NCBI RefSeq assembly: GCF_009914755.1
Contig: NC_060937.1
Source of the DNA: the human T2T-CHM13v2.0 reference genome, Homo sapiens
Direction: 5' to 3' (one strand)
Length of the DNA: 64,000 bases
The notes beneath the pieces are model-generated. The model saw only the letters and a list, made by a program, of their open reading frames with translations. It ran no database searches and was not told the origin of the DNA. The position numbers were made by a program, and so were the translations under genes. Numbering within the stretch: the stretch's first letter is position 1; each line of letters starts with the position of its first letter. Shown here one piece after another: positions 1 through 11,682 of this stretch.

Positions 1-315
1 GCCTGTGGAGAATGTGCTGCATTCCTCTCCAGAGGAGAGGCAGTGCCAGCCCAGCTATGTGCGATCTGACACCTGTGCAGCAATGTACCTGTAATTTGCA
101 TCAGACAGGACCGATGAGAGCTTTCACTTGTGTGCAAGAGCAGTCTTCTCCAGATTGTGGCATTGTACTTTAAATTACTATTCTCCCTTGATTGTCAAAA
201 TGGCCATGTTCAACAAATATGTTCTTTGGTCATTTTCACTTCTTGTTCCACTTGCTTTTATAGTTGTGTACTCTCTCCGTCTCTCCTTTTAAGTTTCTTC
301 AAGCATAACTTACAA

Positions 316-364
316 TTAGGTTGGTGCAAAAGTAATTAGTGCAATAACTTTTGCACCAACTTAG
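316..364. mobile_element. MADE1 (Hsmar1-derived MITE), internally deleted
   Basis: TTAGGTTGGTGCAAAAGTAATT ... AATAACTTTTGCACCAACTTAG: inverted termini matching the mariner MADE1 TIR; only 49 bp versus ~80 bp consensus. Confidence 0.9.
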
Positions 365-3300
365 TTTCTCAAGTGGACTTGTGAAGATGTTTTCTGTATC
401 TTTTCCCCCATTTCTACACAATTTCACATTAAAGTTGGTCTCAAATGATCCTCCTTTTTGTAATCATGTTGTTTTTTATCTCCTACTCTAGCTAACCTTC
501 CTAATAGAGAATATCAGTTTTCACAATTGATCACCTGTTGACTATGGGCTGAAGGGTCCCTGCATTGTCCATTGTGATATCCCATGTCAAATTTTAAAAG
601 TGACAATTTTATTCAAAACCATGAGAATAATATTTGTTTTATATGTCTGAAAATATCATAAATGCAGGTGATGCTGCACTTCAAAAAGTCTTTCTTCATG
701 TTTTTTTTTTTTTCATTTGTTTTTTCCATAGATGGGATGTGATAGCACATCTCTCTGCGTGGTGATTCATTTCTTATCTTTAAATTCCATATGACGGAAA
801 ATATTCCTGTTATAGATAAGCTAGGACCAGGGACATTCTCAAGTGTGACATTCAGTGCCTACAGTGTGTGGGCACACTTAACAGTTCTTTCCCAAAATTT
901 CATACAGTTTCTTATCATCATATTAAACATGCTTTCTCATATAAATGTCTAAATTAAAATGAATGTACTATGAAACTCAATTATGAATAAGAGAATTAGT
1001 ATGCAGGATCACTATTTCAAATTAGAAATGTAGTGGATATATATATATATACATTTTTTTTTTAATCACACATTGATGCTTTCTTCTTCTCTGGTCAGCA
1101 AACCTCAATTTTTCTCTGGAGGAAAATATAACAATATTAATACATATAGATTACACTAATTATTTGTTTATTTGGCTGTGTACATATATTTGTGTATAAA
1201 TATATATGTTCATATCCACATATCCTAGTACATAATATTTAAAAATGATTCTAGTCATTTGAAGTAAGAATTTGTTAGCCCTAGAAAGCATTGAAGATAA
1301 ACAAAATTTCTTTTAAATTGCAAAAAGTGGTAATTCATACTTAAATGTCTTGAATATTTGAAGACAAAAATTGTCATATAAGGATCCCACGTTTGCTCTA
1401 AAAATGTCTATAATGGAGTTTGGTACCTCTTGTGTAACACTGTATGCACTGCATTTTGTTACACTTATTATACAAATTGAAATGAATAATAATTTGCAGT
1501 TTTACATCCCATGAATATTTTCTGTATTCTCCAGCAGTAGTTAATATGCTAACCAACTTTACTGAAAGGCATACAGATGTGGAAGAAATCTATCTGGGGA
1601 CTTTAATTATCACCTTGTCAAATTCAAATTATTATCTTGTGAATTCATTTCCATAAAGTATCCCCTTTGCTGTTCCATGATTTAACATGTGTCTACTTTA
1701 AAAAAATCTTATTTGTATCTATCTGGAGGCTTTAATCCTTTCAAAGAAGATAGTTCCCTTTCAGACTGTGATGTTTACCGTAAAGTATTTGGTCAAATAC
1801 ATTTTTGTAAACACTTCTTTTTGGCAGAAGAAAGGTATGTGCAATGTATCAAGTAGACTTACTATCGATAATGCCCCATAAATCCGATTGAAAACTACCT
1901 TTTTAATAAATAATGTCAACCTAAAGGGGATACTAAAATGAAGACATTATGATCAACCCTAAGCTGTAATTTGAATGATCATCCGTGCTGCATGGTAGTT
2001 TATTTCACGAGTTAGAAGATCAGACTGGATCCAAGAGTAAGAAATTGGTGGGCCTGCTAATTTGTGCTGATATATATGTCCCATATATGTATGGGAAATA
2101 GGAGTAGAGGCAAAATAAATAACAAAATTGACGTATCTCTTCTCAGGTCAAAGTCAATACATTTTTGCTTGGGGTTAATTGGGGGAAGGGAAAAGTAAAG
2201 GCTAATAGAATAGAAACAACTTGAGTTCATTCCTTTATTCATTTATAAAGGGATAGAATTCAATAAAGTGATTTAATCACTTTATAAAAACATAAAAATA
2301 CTTATTTTGAATTGAAATTAAATGTTAGTACATATTTGAAATCACTGGACAGCTTTTATATAAAGTTGAATAACAAATAATGCTTTGTTTTGACTTACAT
2401 GCAATTTTAAAAGCTTTCATTTAGAAGAGCTACTGTTACTAAGGGACAGTCTCAATAATTATTAAAATGTGCTAAAGTATATCTTCAAATATTTTAATAA
2501 GCATTGCAGCTAATAACCTCTATTATCACCTGCCATGTGTCCCAACCAAAATTTACTGATGAAGGAATGAGCACAGAGTATGTTTAGCTAACGAGGTGGT
2601 GGCAGTGACTTAGTAGCTGAACAAATGCTCAACTTCTCAACAGATCCTCATCCAGAAATGTATCTCACCTCCGGGGGTCCATCACAAGGCCGATTTCCTT
2701 AGGTAAGTAAATGTATTAGGACTAGAGTTTAATATTATTTATTAGAGGAGAGTAAATGTCAGGCAAATACTGTTGTACAAAGGAAAATAAAATGTCCCTT
2801 TGAACAGGGTCTCTTAGAACAAATAGAAGAAAAGACCAAAAAGACTTAAGTTAGGAAAAGGCAAATCAATCAACAATAACATTACTATAAAGCAGACATA
2901 ACCAATATGATTATCTTCCTACAACAGAACATTGCTGTTAACACTTCCATTTCATGGGTGCTCTTTAGTGGTCATAATTAAATATATAATTCAGAAACAT
3001 ATCTTGATATTACCTATGTTTAAAGTGATAACTCAAAGTAATGGAGAAAATATTTTTAAATTCATGATAATTTTTTAAAATCATATTAATCAATTAAAAA
3101 AACAAACCCAGTATTCTAGAGCACTCAAGTTAAAATTATAATATTTCTCTTTTCATGGTCTTTACTGGACAGAAAAAATCAATTTCTATTATTTATTACC
3201 TGCCTATTCATGGTTTTTACATTGTATAAGCTTGTTGACTTACATTTCTTTCCTACATTCTTGAGAGGTTGCCTAATTCTCTCAAATATTGGTAGATTAG

Positions 3301-5616
3301 TTGCTATGCATATTTTCCCCCAGCATTAATGAACTTATGAAGACGTCAAGAGGATCCACAGTTAATGTTGTCACCATGGTTGTAAAAGCCACTATTCTGA
3401 CTAAAAAGTCAACCAACTCCCCTACAATATTGCATATCAGCTCTTATTTCAAATTAAAAAAAAACAAAACTGTGTTTTTCCAATTTAAAATCAACCCCAG
3501 ACCACTCTACAACCAAATTTGTTCTATTTTCCCAAAGGAATCTTTATATAAATGTTCAAGAAAAATTTGTTTTTCTTACAATTTTGTGTGCCATGTTCTG
3601 GGTACCTTGCAAATCAAATTCCCTTCTAAAAATCCTGCCAATCTTCTTGATCCCTCTCCTCATTAATTATGTCTCTTTTCCTCTCTCCCAAATTTCCTAG
3701 ACCCTTACTTGCTTCCTCCATGTTTCTTCTTACATTACTGGTGGGAACACCGTTATGCCATTGTTTTGCAACACATCAAATACAGTGAATGGACCACAGG
3801 TGAAACAACAAACAGAAATACGCAAAACAAAGTGAGGTCTACAATCCAAAACTGTCTGTCACTGAGACAGAGTTCGAACGGGTCATGCCGCAATTCTTTT
3901 GTGTATACTTAATTTTTCATACTTCCTGAAATCAAAAATAGCTGAAAATATTTTATGCGTATAGAAGAAACTCGAAATTATTTTTATATGAAAAAAGCTG
4001 TACATGCATTTTTAAGAGCAAAAAGGCAATTTTTAGAAAGCCGAGGGCAGGTTGAATTCACTTTTTTATTCTTCAAAGTCCTAACAATGTTTAATCAGTA
4101 GTAGCAATAATTGTGTTTTTTTTAATTTTTAAATTCATAATTGTCACATGGTAATTGCTTGTAGTGTGTTAAATATACAGGGAAAAAATGTCAGTAACTA
4201 TTAAATTGGAATAGATCAGGAACCTAGGACAACTTTGGAAATCACTCCTAGTGGGGGGAGATGAAATGAGGCTCAAAGTTTTACATTGTGGCAATTTCCT
4301 GCAGCAAAGCAGGACCAAAGAGGGTGAAGGTGAAAAGTACGATTTCCTTAATTTAATTTAGCCTTGATAGGCATTCGAGATATGTATCTTCAGCTACATC
4401 AGAAACTAATAATTACAACAAATGGGTGTGTATGCAGCTGAGATCAATAAAAACAGCTGTGGCTGCATCTGAACGTGCAAAAATAATAGAGCTGTCACCT
4501 GTGACTATTTTAAATTAAAGCTTTGCTAAAGGCAACCCTTTTTAATTCCCAGCCAAGTGGTACTTTGAGGGCGCATGTTGGAGGACAACAGTGAAGTGTT
4601 GAATCCACATTCAGAGCAGTCTTAACTTGCAGTTTTACCCCCATTTCCACCACTCTTGTGGTGTAAAGAGAACAATTGATTTCTGCCAAATGACAAGCAC
4701 TCATGCATAAAAAACTAGTAGCAGCGGCACCCGTTGAGAAATTCCTGCTAATTCTTTCCCCAGGCTTCTCTCTGTAAGGAAATCATTGAGTTTGTCTTGT
4801 TTTGGTAGGTTTTCCAAACAGATCTCTTAAAAAAAAAAAAAAAAAAAGTTTATATTCTAGACTACCGAGGAGAAGGGGCCCAAATTAAAGTGCATTAAGG
4901 TAGGTGGAACTAATCAAACTTCACGTTTTCCAGGCAAAATTGTTTCCTTGGGTTTTGTTTTGTTTAAGGAGATTTAGGGCAAATGGAGGATAGAAAAAAT
5001 ACAAATTTTTGTTATATCTAAGTTATGGACTAAGAATTATATTAAATTAAGTGAATGATGAAAATAAGACTAAATATAACTAATTCTATTTTTATATGAG
5101 TTTAAATTAAGCGTATGGTGATAAAACCTCTAGGTAAATATAACCCATTGTAGTTTTACATTTGCTTTAAAGAAACAAATTAAAGGCAAATATTTTGGGG
5201 CAATTCAGTATTTGTGCAATTCTGCAGTAGCCTGATAAGGGACATTTACAAAAAAAAAGGAAGGCTCTGGCACAAAAGCAAAACTAAAATATTAACTGAG
5301 AAAAACAATATCTTCATCCATATGTGCCATGGGATATGAATACATGTTTTGATTTTTAAAATTTAAAAGGAGATTTGAGTCTTGTAGTTTGTCATAATTT
5401 CTTGAAATTTCCTCCTTGCACCTATGTTAGAAGTGCCAAAAGAGTGCTTTAGGCAGTATATGTGGTTGGGTTCCCTCAGGAAAGGAAGAGCACAGGATAA
5501 GCCAGTGTAAGGTACGGCTAGAGATGGGTAGAGAGAACAGGCCATTAAAGTGCCATAGAATTCACAATATTTCTCTCTCATCTATAATTCAGACATGTGC
5601 TTTGACAATTGACATA

Positions 5617-5835
5617 ACTTATTGAGTGATTACTATGTACCAGGCATTATAAGAAATTTCTTGTTTATTAAATTCTCACAATAATCTTATGTAAAAGGGA
5701 ATGATTATTTTCCTCATTATACAAAGAAATCAAGCTACAGAGACATCACATAACTTAATCATTATAACACAGCTGTTAAGTAGCAGAACTTGGAATTAAA
5801 AGCCCCAGGCAAAACTAACTCATGCTACCCCATGT
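5617..5835 (-). mobile_element. MIR SINE
   Basis: ttattgagtgattactatgtaccaggca...cctcattatacaaagaaatcaagc...acacagctgttaagtagcagaac resembles the reverse complement of MIR. Confidence 0.75.
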
Positions 5836-5846
5836 AAGCATTAAAA

Positions 5847-5978
5847 CAGCAGTTTTCAAAGTGTGGTACCTGGACCAGAAGCTTCAGCATCGCCTGGGAA
5901 CGTGTTAGAAATGGAAATTCTGGGACCCACCCCCAAATCTATGGAGTTAGAAACTCTGAGGGAGAACCTAGGAAATCC
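5847..5978 (+). mobile_element. MER5A (hAT-Charlie MITE), partial
   Basis: cagcagttttcaaagtgtggtacctggaccagaagcttcagcatcgcctgggaacgtgttagaaatggaaattctggg matches the MER5A 5' part. Confidence 0.85.
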
Positions 5979-7438
5979 TATAAGGGATTACGTTTAAGAC
6001 TTAACCCTAGACTGCATTGCCATCAATCATAGCACAAGAAAACTGTTTAATTTTCAAGTATTCACTTGACCAGGTAAATGGCTGCACATTAAATGACATG
6101 CCAAGCAGATTGGGACTGTGTGCCAATTAGTGTGATTCTTATTCCAGTGAATTAATAGTCATTCCTTTGTAAGGACATAGAGCATTAGAAAGAAAAGAAA
6201 GTGGCCCTTCAGAGAATACCAATAACAAATACCAAAAAATTCAGAAATATATATTTGGAAATACAATTTATTTTCTGAGCTTCCATTATACTAGATTAGT
6301 CATATACTTCAGAATATTTATGGGTCTTCTCTCTCTCTCTTCTTTTATCCCCCTTTACTTTTCTTGCAACTTCTGGAACATAGCCCATCAGTGAACAGTG
6401 GACACCATGATTTGCTGTAGCTCAAACGTGATGGAGCCTTGAAAGGATCAATTGAGCAAAAGCAGGAAACCCTGAAGTTGGAAAAAGGCCCTATAAGCAG
6501 ACAGACCTAGATTTCAATCCAGAATTCACCTTAGCATCATGAGCCTCAATGAGTTGGAGGCGATGAACATAGGTAACAGTGTACAGAACACTAGAACTGT
6601 TAAGCAAATTTTAATTCTCGACACCAAGTTTACACACTGTCATAATATTAACTCTAAAAACACCAAAGATCAGGAAACACATGCCAGGCTCCTTATACAC
6701 AGTGTTGTAAATCCTGCTAACTACTTAATTCAGTATGTATTAGTTATTAAATGATGCACAAATATTCAGCAGGATTAATGTTTCCAAGTTTTCCCAGTTG
6801 TCCACTGGGATGAGATTTAAGTCCAGTTCTATTTAATTCCAAATATTCTGTTGCTCTGTCTTTAAGAGATAGGACCATCATTTTGCCTCTGCTTGGACCC
6901 TTTAGTGAGTAGCCATTCACGGGCTGTCAAGCTGGCTGGTTTAACCTGTGAAATTGTTTCAACTGCTAAGATTTGGAAGAGAGATGCGTTTGAAATAATA
7001 CCCAAGTTCTAATGATGATTGTTTCTAAGAGTTCGTCATCGAATTAACCTCTCTAATTTGGTTAGCATGAGAAATTAGACTTCTGGAGATTCATTTTTAA
7101 AAATGTGTTTAAAATATATAAATGATCTTTCAAGGGCAAGGTTCAAAATGGAAAAATAAAGTATAACCTTCAGGATTGATTTTTAGATAATTTTTACTGA
7201 TCACTGCTGAAAAAGGCAAGAGTCAATATGAAATTGAATGTATGTACATGAATGGATAGGACACATCTTTGAATGTGATCAACTTAAAAGCATCGTAAAC
7301 AAGGCATGTAATTATTTTGATGTCTTTAGAGCAATAAAATAATTCTCTACAACATTGGAGTTTCTTTGGTATTTTTCTTGAGGGGCTCTGACTATATCAG
7401 TTTATTAATAGATTTTCTTTTCTTTTCAATGGAGACAT

Positions 7439-8301
7439 TGTATTAGTCAGGGTTCTCTAGAGGGACAGAACTAATAGGATGTATATATAAAGGAGAGGGT
7501 ATTAAGTATTAACTCACACGAACACAAGACCCCACAATAGGGCATCTGCAAGCTGAGGAGCAAGGAAGCCAGTCTGAGTCCCAAAACTGAAGAACTTGGA
7601 GTCTGATATTCAAGGGCAGGAAGCATCCAGCATGGGAGAAAGGTGCAGGCTGGAAGGCTAAGCCAGTCTAGTCTTTTCATTGATAAAAGAAAAACTTCAG
7701 CTGAATTAATTTAAAGGAGTTTAACTGAGAAATGAACGATTCGCGAATCCGGCAGTCCCCAGAACCACAGCAGACTCACAGAGGCTCCAGGGGTGCCTTG
7801 TGGTCAGAATAAATTTATAGACAAAAAAGGTAAAGTGACGTACAGGAATTAGAAGCGAGGTACAGAAACAGTGAGATTGGTTCCAGCTCGGCGTTTGCCT
7901 TATTTGAACGCAGTTTGAACAAAAGCAGTCTATGAGTGGTTGAATCCCACTGGGACTGGGCAACATTCAGCCATTGTTACAGTGCATACTATTAAATTAG
8001 GTTTTAAATTTTGTCTGACTATTAAGCTAGGTTACAGTTCATCCACAAGGACTCACCTATAGAAGTACAGAGTCCTTCTCAGGCCATATTTAGTTTGCTT
8101 AACCATCATGATTTTCTGCCTTCTTTATATCCCGGCCGAGCTGGTAGCTGATTTAGTTGCTGCCCACCCAGATAAAGGGTGTGTCTGCCATTCCAGCCCA
8201 CTGACTCAAATCTCCTTTGGCAACACCTTCAAAGACACAACAGCATCAATACTTTGCATCCTTCAATCCAATCAAGTGGACACTCAGTATTATCCATCAT
8301 G
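7439..8301 (-). mobile_element. MLT2A1/MLT2A2 (HERV-L) solo LTR, interrupted at 7681-8105 by MER57
   Basis: tgtattagtcagggttctctagagggacagaactaatagg ... cttcaatccaatcaagtggacactcagtattatccatca; 5-bp TSD GACAT (7434-7438) / GGCAT (8302-8306). Confidence 0.92.
7681..8105 (-). mobile_element. MER57-family (ERV1) solo LTR
   Basis: tgataaaagaaaaacttcagctgaatt ... ggccatatttagtttgcttaacca; TG..CA ends; 4-bp TSD TCAT at 7677-7680 and 8106-8109. Confidence 0.9.
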
Positions 8302-8525
8302 GGCATATATTAAAATATATTTAAATGATACTAATGTATTAAACATAGCAATATAGAACTCTCCTGTAAAATAATAAACAGCACAGACCAGTTTTGAGAA
8401 TAAGTGAGTTAAGGGTCTAAGCTTAAGTCTGGCTCTACCACTCGCAAATTGGATTTCCTTATAACGTCTCAGTTCCCACATCTGCAATATGATGAAGAAC
8501 AATTAGCTCATGGCTTAACTTAAAG

Positions 8526-8914
8526 CAGGTGTTCCCAAACATTGCCATTCATGAAACTCACCAGGGGCAATTTAAAAATGTTAATGCCAGATTACACCCT
8601 ACACCAATCAAAACAGAATCTCTATGGATGGGATCCAAACATCAGTATTTATTAAATCTCCTGTTTCTCAAACTTGAGTACATGGTAGAATATCCTGAGA
8701 ATTTACTAAAGCCTGTATCCCATAGCAATATTTTAAGAACACTAATTAGAACAGTGTTTCTAAAGCTTTAAGGTGCATGAGAATCACTTGGGAATTTTGG
8801 AAACAGCAGATTCTGATTCAGAAGGTCTGGGTGGGCCTGAGAGGTGTATTTCTAACCAGCACCCTGGGAACGCTGATGCTGCCGGTTCACAGATCACACA
8901 GCTAAGCATCCAGG
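8526..8914. mobile_element. Cluster of MER5B/MER5A1-like MITE fragments
   Basis: Three MER5-type starts (~8526 caggtgttcccaaac, ~8661 ctgtttctcaaactt, 8752 cagtgtttctaaagc); the last continues gcagattctgattcagaaggtctgggtgggcctgag...gctgatgctgccgg (MER5A1-like). Confidence 0.75.
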
Positions 8915-9594
8915 GCTTAGACTTCCAGCACAGCCGTCCAGCTGGTGGCAGGTGTGTAGAAATACGGACCCGCTCGTCCTTAATTGGTCTCCTTCCGTCA
9001 CACTGTCCATGTGTGCTGTGCCAGCATTATCACCTTCTATCTGTTTCATCATAAGAAATCTGGGAAACCCTGGTTTCGATGTGTAAGTGTACAACACACC
9101 TAAGAGGGTTACTAGTATATGGCGGCTGTTCAATAAAGTTCATTGACATACATTGAAAAGTGTTTGTCTTCGAACTAGAACTGTAATAATCCCCTAATTC
9201 TTTTCAACCCTTGACCTGGTACAGCCCCAGCTTGCCTTCCCCCACTCCAATCACTTTCACACTTAGTGTGTAGTTAGGTTTTTGTTTGTTTGTTTTTTGG
9301 AAAAATAACACAGGGCAGGAGGAGGGAAGGAACTTTGTTTTTCTATACTGTTCTTATAAAAGGTGTGATGCTGGGAGCTCTGAGGATATAGGGGCTATCT
9401 GGTAATATCCCCGACTTATTTTGTTTATTAAAACCTCTCTTAAGAAGAGATTTTCTGTAATCAGGAAAAACTCCCAAATAAAGCCTCAGAGTTCCAACTG
9501 CAATAGTAGTTCCTAGTGAGGAGTGTAAATTCTGACACTTCCCAGAGGACTTCAGAATTGGAAAGGGATAACTAATAATCGTGAGATTTCTGAT

Positions 9595-9778
9595 GATAGC
9601 TCTACCATGAACCAGCTCTGTGTCTTGAGATAAATTATACAATTTATTGAGTTCTCAGTTATCCCATTTGTAAAGTGAAAGTAATAATATCTTCCCTGAA
9701 TATTTCATAAGAATAGAAGAGACAAAAATAGCTATGTAGAGTCTGAAAATTAACAAAAAATTGTCATTTTTATTATTT
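9595..9778 (+). mobile_element. MIR SINE
   Basis: gctctaccatgaaccagctctgtgtcttgagataaatt...ctcagttatcccatttgtaaagtg MIR core. Confidence 0.7.
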
Positions 9779-10590
9779 ATACTATTTAAATCAGCATGAT
9801 ATTTAAATTGGTTTCTTCTTGTTACTAAATAGAGCGCTAGGATTATTCTGCATTAAAACGAGTTCCAAAATAAATAAAGGTTGTATTTTATGGTATTTCC
9901 CACCTATAATTGTAAGCAGTATCTTTCAGTCTAAGTTTTTGTGATTAACTTTTGCGTATCCTAAATAATAACCATTATTGAGTGATTCAACAGAATGCTA
10001 GTTTCTTAACATAAACTTTACTTGATAATTCCTGAGCATTTGAGGGTCTTGCATTCAAACTGCAAGACATAGGCAGCCATTCCTGTTTAAAATAGAGTTA
10101 AACATATTGAGTTCTTTATTGAAAGGACAAAAAGAATACAAATTCTCAGAAAATTCCTAATTTTAATGTAGATGGTAAAAGTTAATTTTATAATAATTAA
10201 CCTTATCAGTTAAATTCTTACTCTTTTGAGAAGTAGCACGGATGCAATTTCTTTATTTCCTTGTATTGAAATCTTTTTATATTACTACATCTTTCCAAGT
10301 TGAAATAGTTTGGCCAAAGGATCTCCCCCAAGATAAAGCATTTCTTTTAATGTTGCAATGACTGCATTCTAGCACTTTTTCTCTTTTTTATACCACACTT
10401 TACTCTTCTTATCTCTGAAGGGCCTATTCAACACCTGTGCACACACTATGGCTTCAACAATATGCCATCTTGGGGAGTTTCCGGTAGCTTATAATTTTGA
10501 TCAACTAAAGCAAATCTCTCTCAATTTTTTTTTAAAAAGAGCGAGCGTTTTTCCCAGTAAAAATCCCACCGTGTATTTGAATAAGCGTTA

Positions 10591-10893
10591 TTATTTTAGA
10601 TACTTCATATAAGTGGAATCATGCAATATGTGTCCTTCTGTAACTGGCTTATTTTATTTAGCATAATGCTCTCCAGGTTTATCATTCTGTTGCAGAGGTG
10701 AAAGGAGGGAGAAATGGCAAGTTGCTGTTCAACAGTAATGGTACAGAGTTTTATTATGGAAGATGAATAAGCTCTTGAAGTCTGCTGTGCAACATTGCAC
10801 CTATAGTTAACAACACAACAGTGGGTGTGTAAAAATGTGCTAACAGGATAGATCTCACATTAAGTGGTCTTACCACGATAATATTAACAATAA
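10591..10893 (+). mobile_element. L1MA/L1MB 3' end with inverted 5' segment (10591-10694 antisense, 10695-10893 sense)
   Basis: antisense gatacttcatataagtggaatcatgcaatat...ttgca joined to sense ggagggagaaatggcaagttgctgttcaac...gatctcacattaagtggtcttaccac. Confidence 0.8.
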
Positions 10894-11229
10894 TCATCTT
10901 TCTGTTGAAACTTTTCTCTTTCAATAATGGCTCTCTGAAAGTAGACTTAACTGGAAAATAAACACAACTGACAATTCTCAGGAGATCTGCCTCTAGAGAC
11001 TCAGTTAACACAGCTGGAAAATATTTGAATATTGTGTTATCAGATCCACATCATCAAATATAGTATAGAAACCACTTCTCAAGCAAGGCACATCAGAGAT
11101 AAGTGATGGCTCAAATTCCCAAGAATATGGAAGAGACAGGAGAATACATCTAATATATTTCCCAAACTCACTTCTTTTCCTAAGAAATCATCTTCTTTGG
11201 GATGGGTGATTACAGTGCCTCTTCCGCTC

Positions 11230-11682
11230 TCAGATGTGGTACTTCTTACTTCCATCTGAACGTATGTATACATTTGTTGTATAAATTGAGAAAACCCAAG
11301 ATACAACACAGTAATTTCCTGCATCAAAACCCACTACCTCCCACTGTGGATGCCCCCATAAAGAGAGCCCCGGATGCACCCCTGGCTCTGTTAGTTAGCT
11401 GCCTCTGCAGCTGGCAATGCCAGGAAATAGTGACAATCAAGCACCCGTAACCAGCAACTTCCAGGCAGTCGTGCCTGGCGTTGTTCCCTAGAAGCTGTTC
11501 TGGTACCCTCACTGTTGTGAAGTTTGAATTATGCCTGGTTCGTGCTCTTGGTTTTCTAGTCTCTCTGCCCATCTGCAGAATCCCTGAAGATAAATGAACT
11601 CCCAACATCTTTTCAATAAAATCCTTTCTTACTAGCCGGTGATAGTTCTTTATGTTTATAACTAAGAATCCACTTTCATAGA
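11230..11682 (+). mobile_element. Old ERVL-type LTR (LTR33-like)
   Basis: 3' end cccaacatcttttcaataaaatcctttcttactagcc...tgtttataactaagaatc is typical of LTR33/LTR16-type ends; left edge uncertain. Confidence 0.5.

Noticed and set aside
4829-4847. A19 run as the tail of a processed pseudogene
   Set aside because: No nearby upstream AATAAA, no TSD and no recognisable mRNA upstream
10473-10482. NF-kB consensus GGGAGTTTCC
   Set aside because: Single 10-mer; expected by chance in 64 kb
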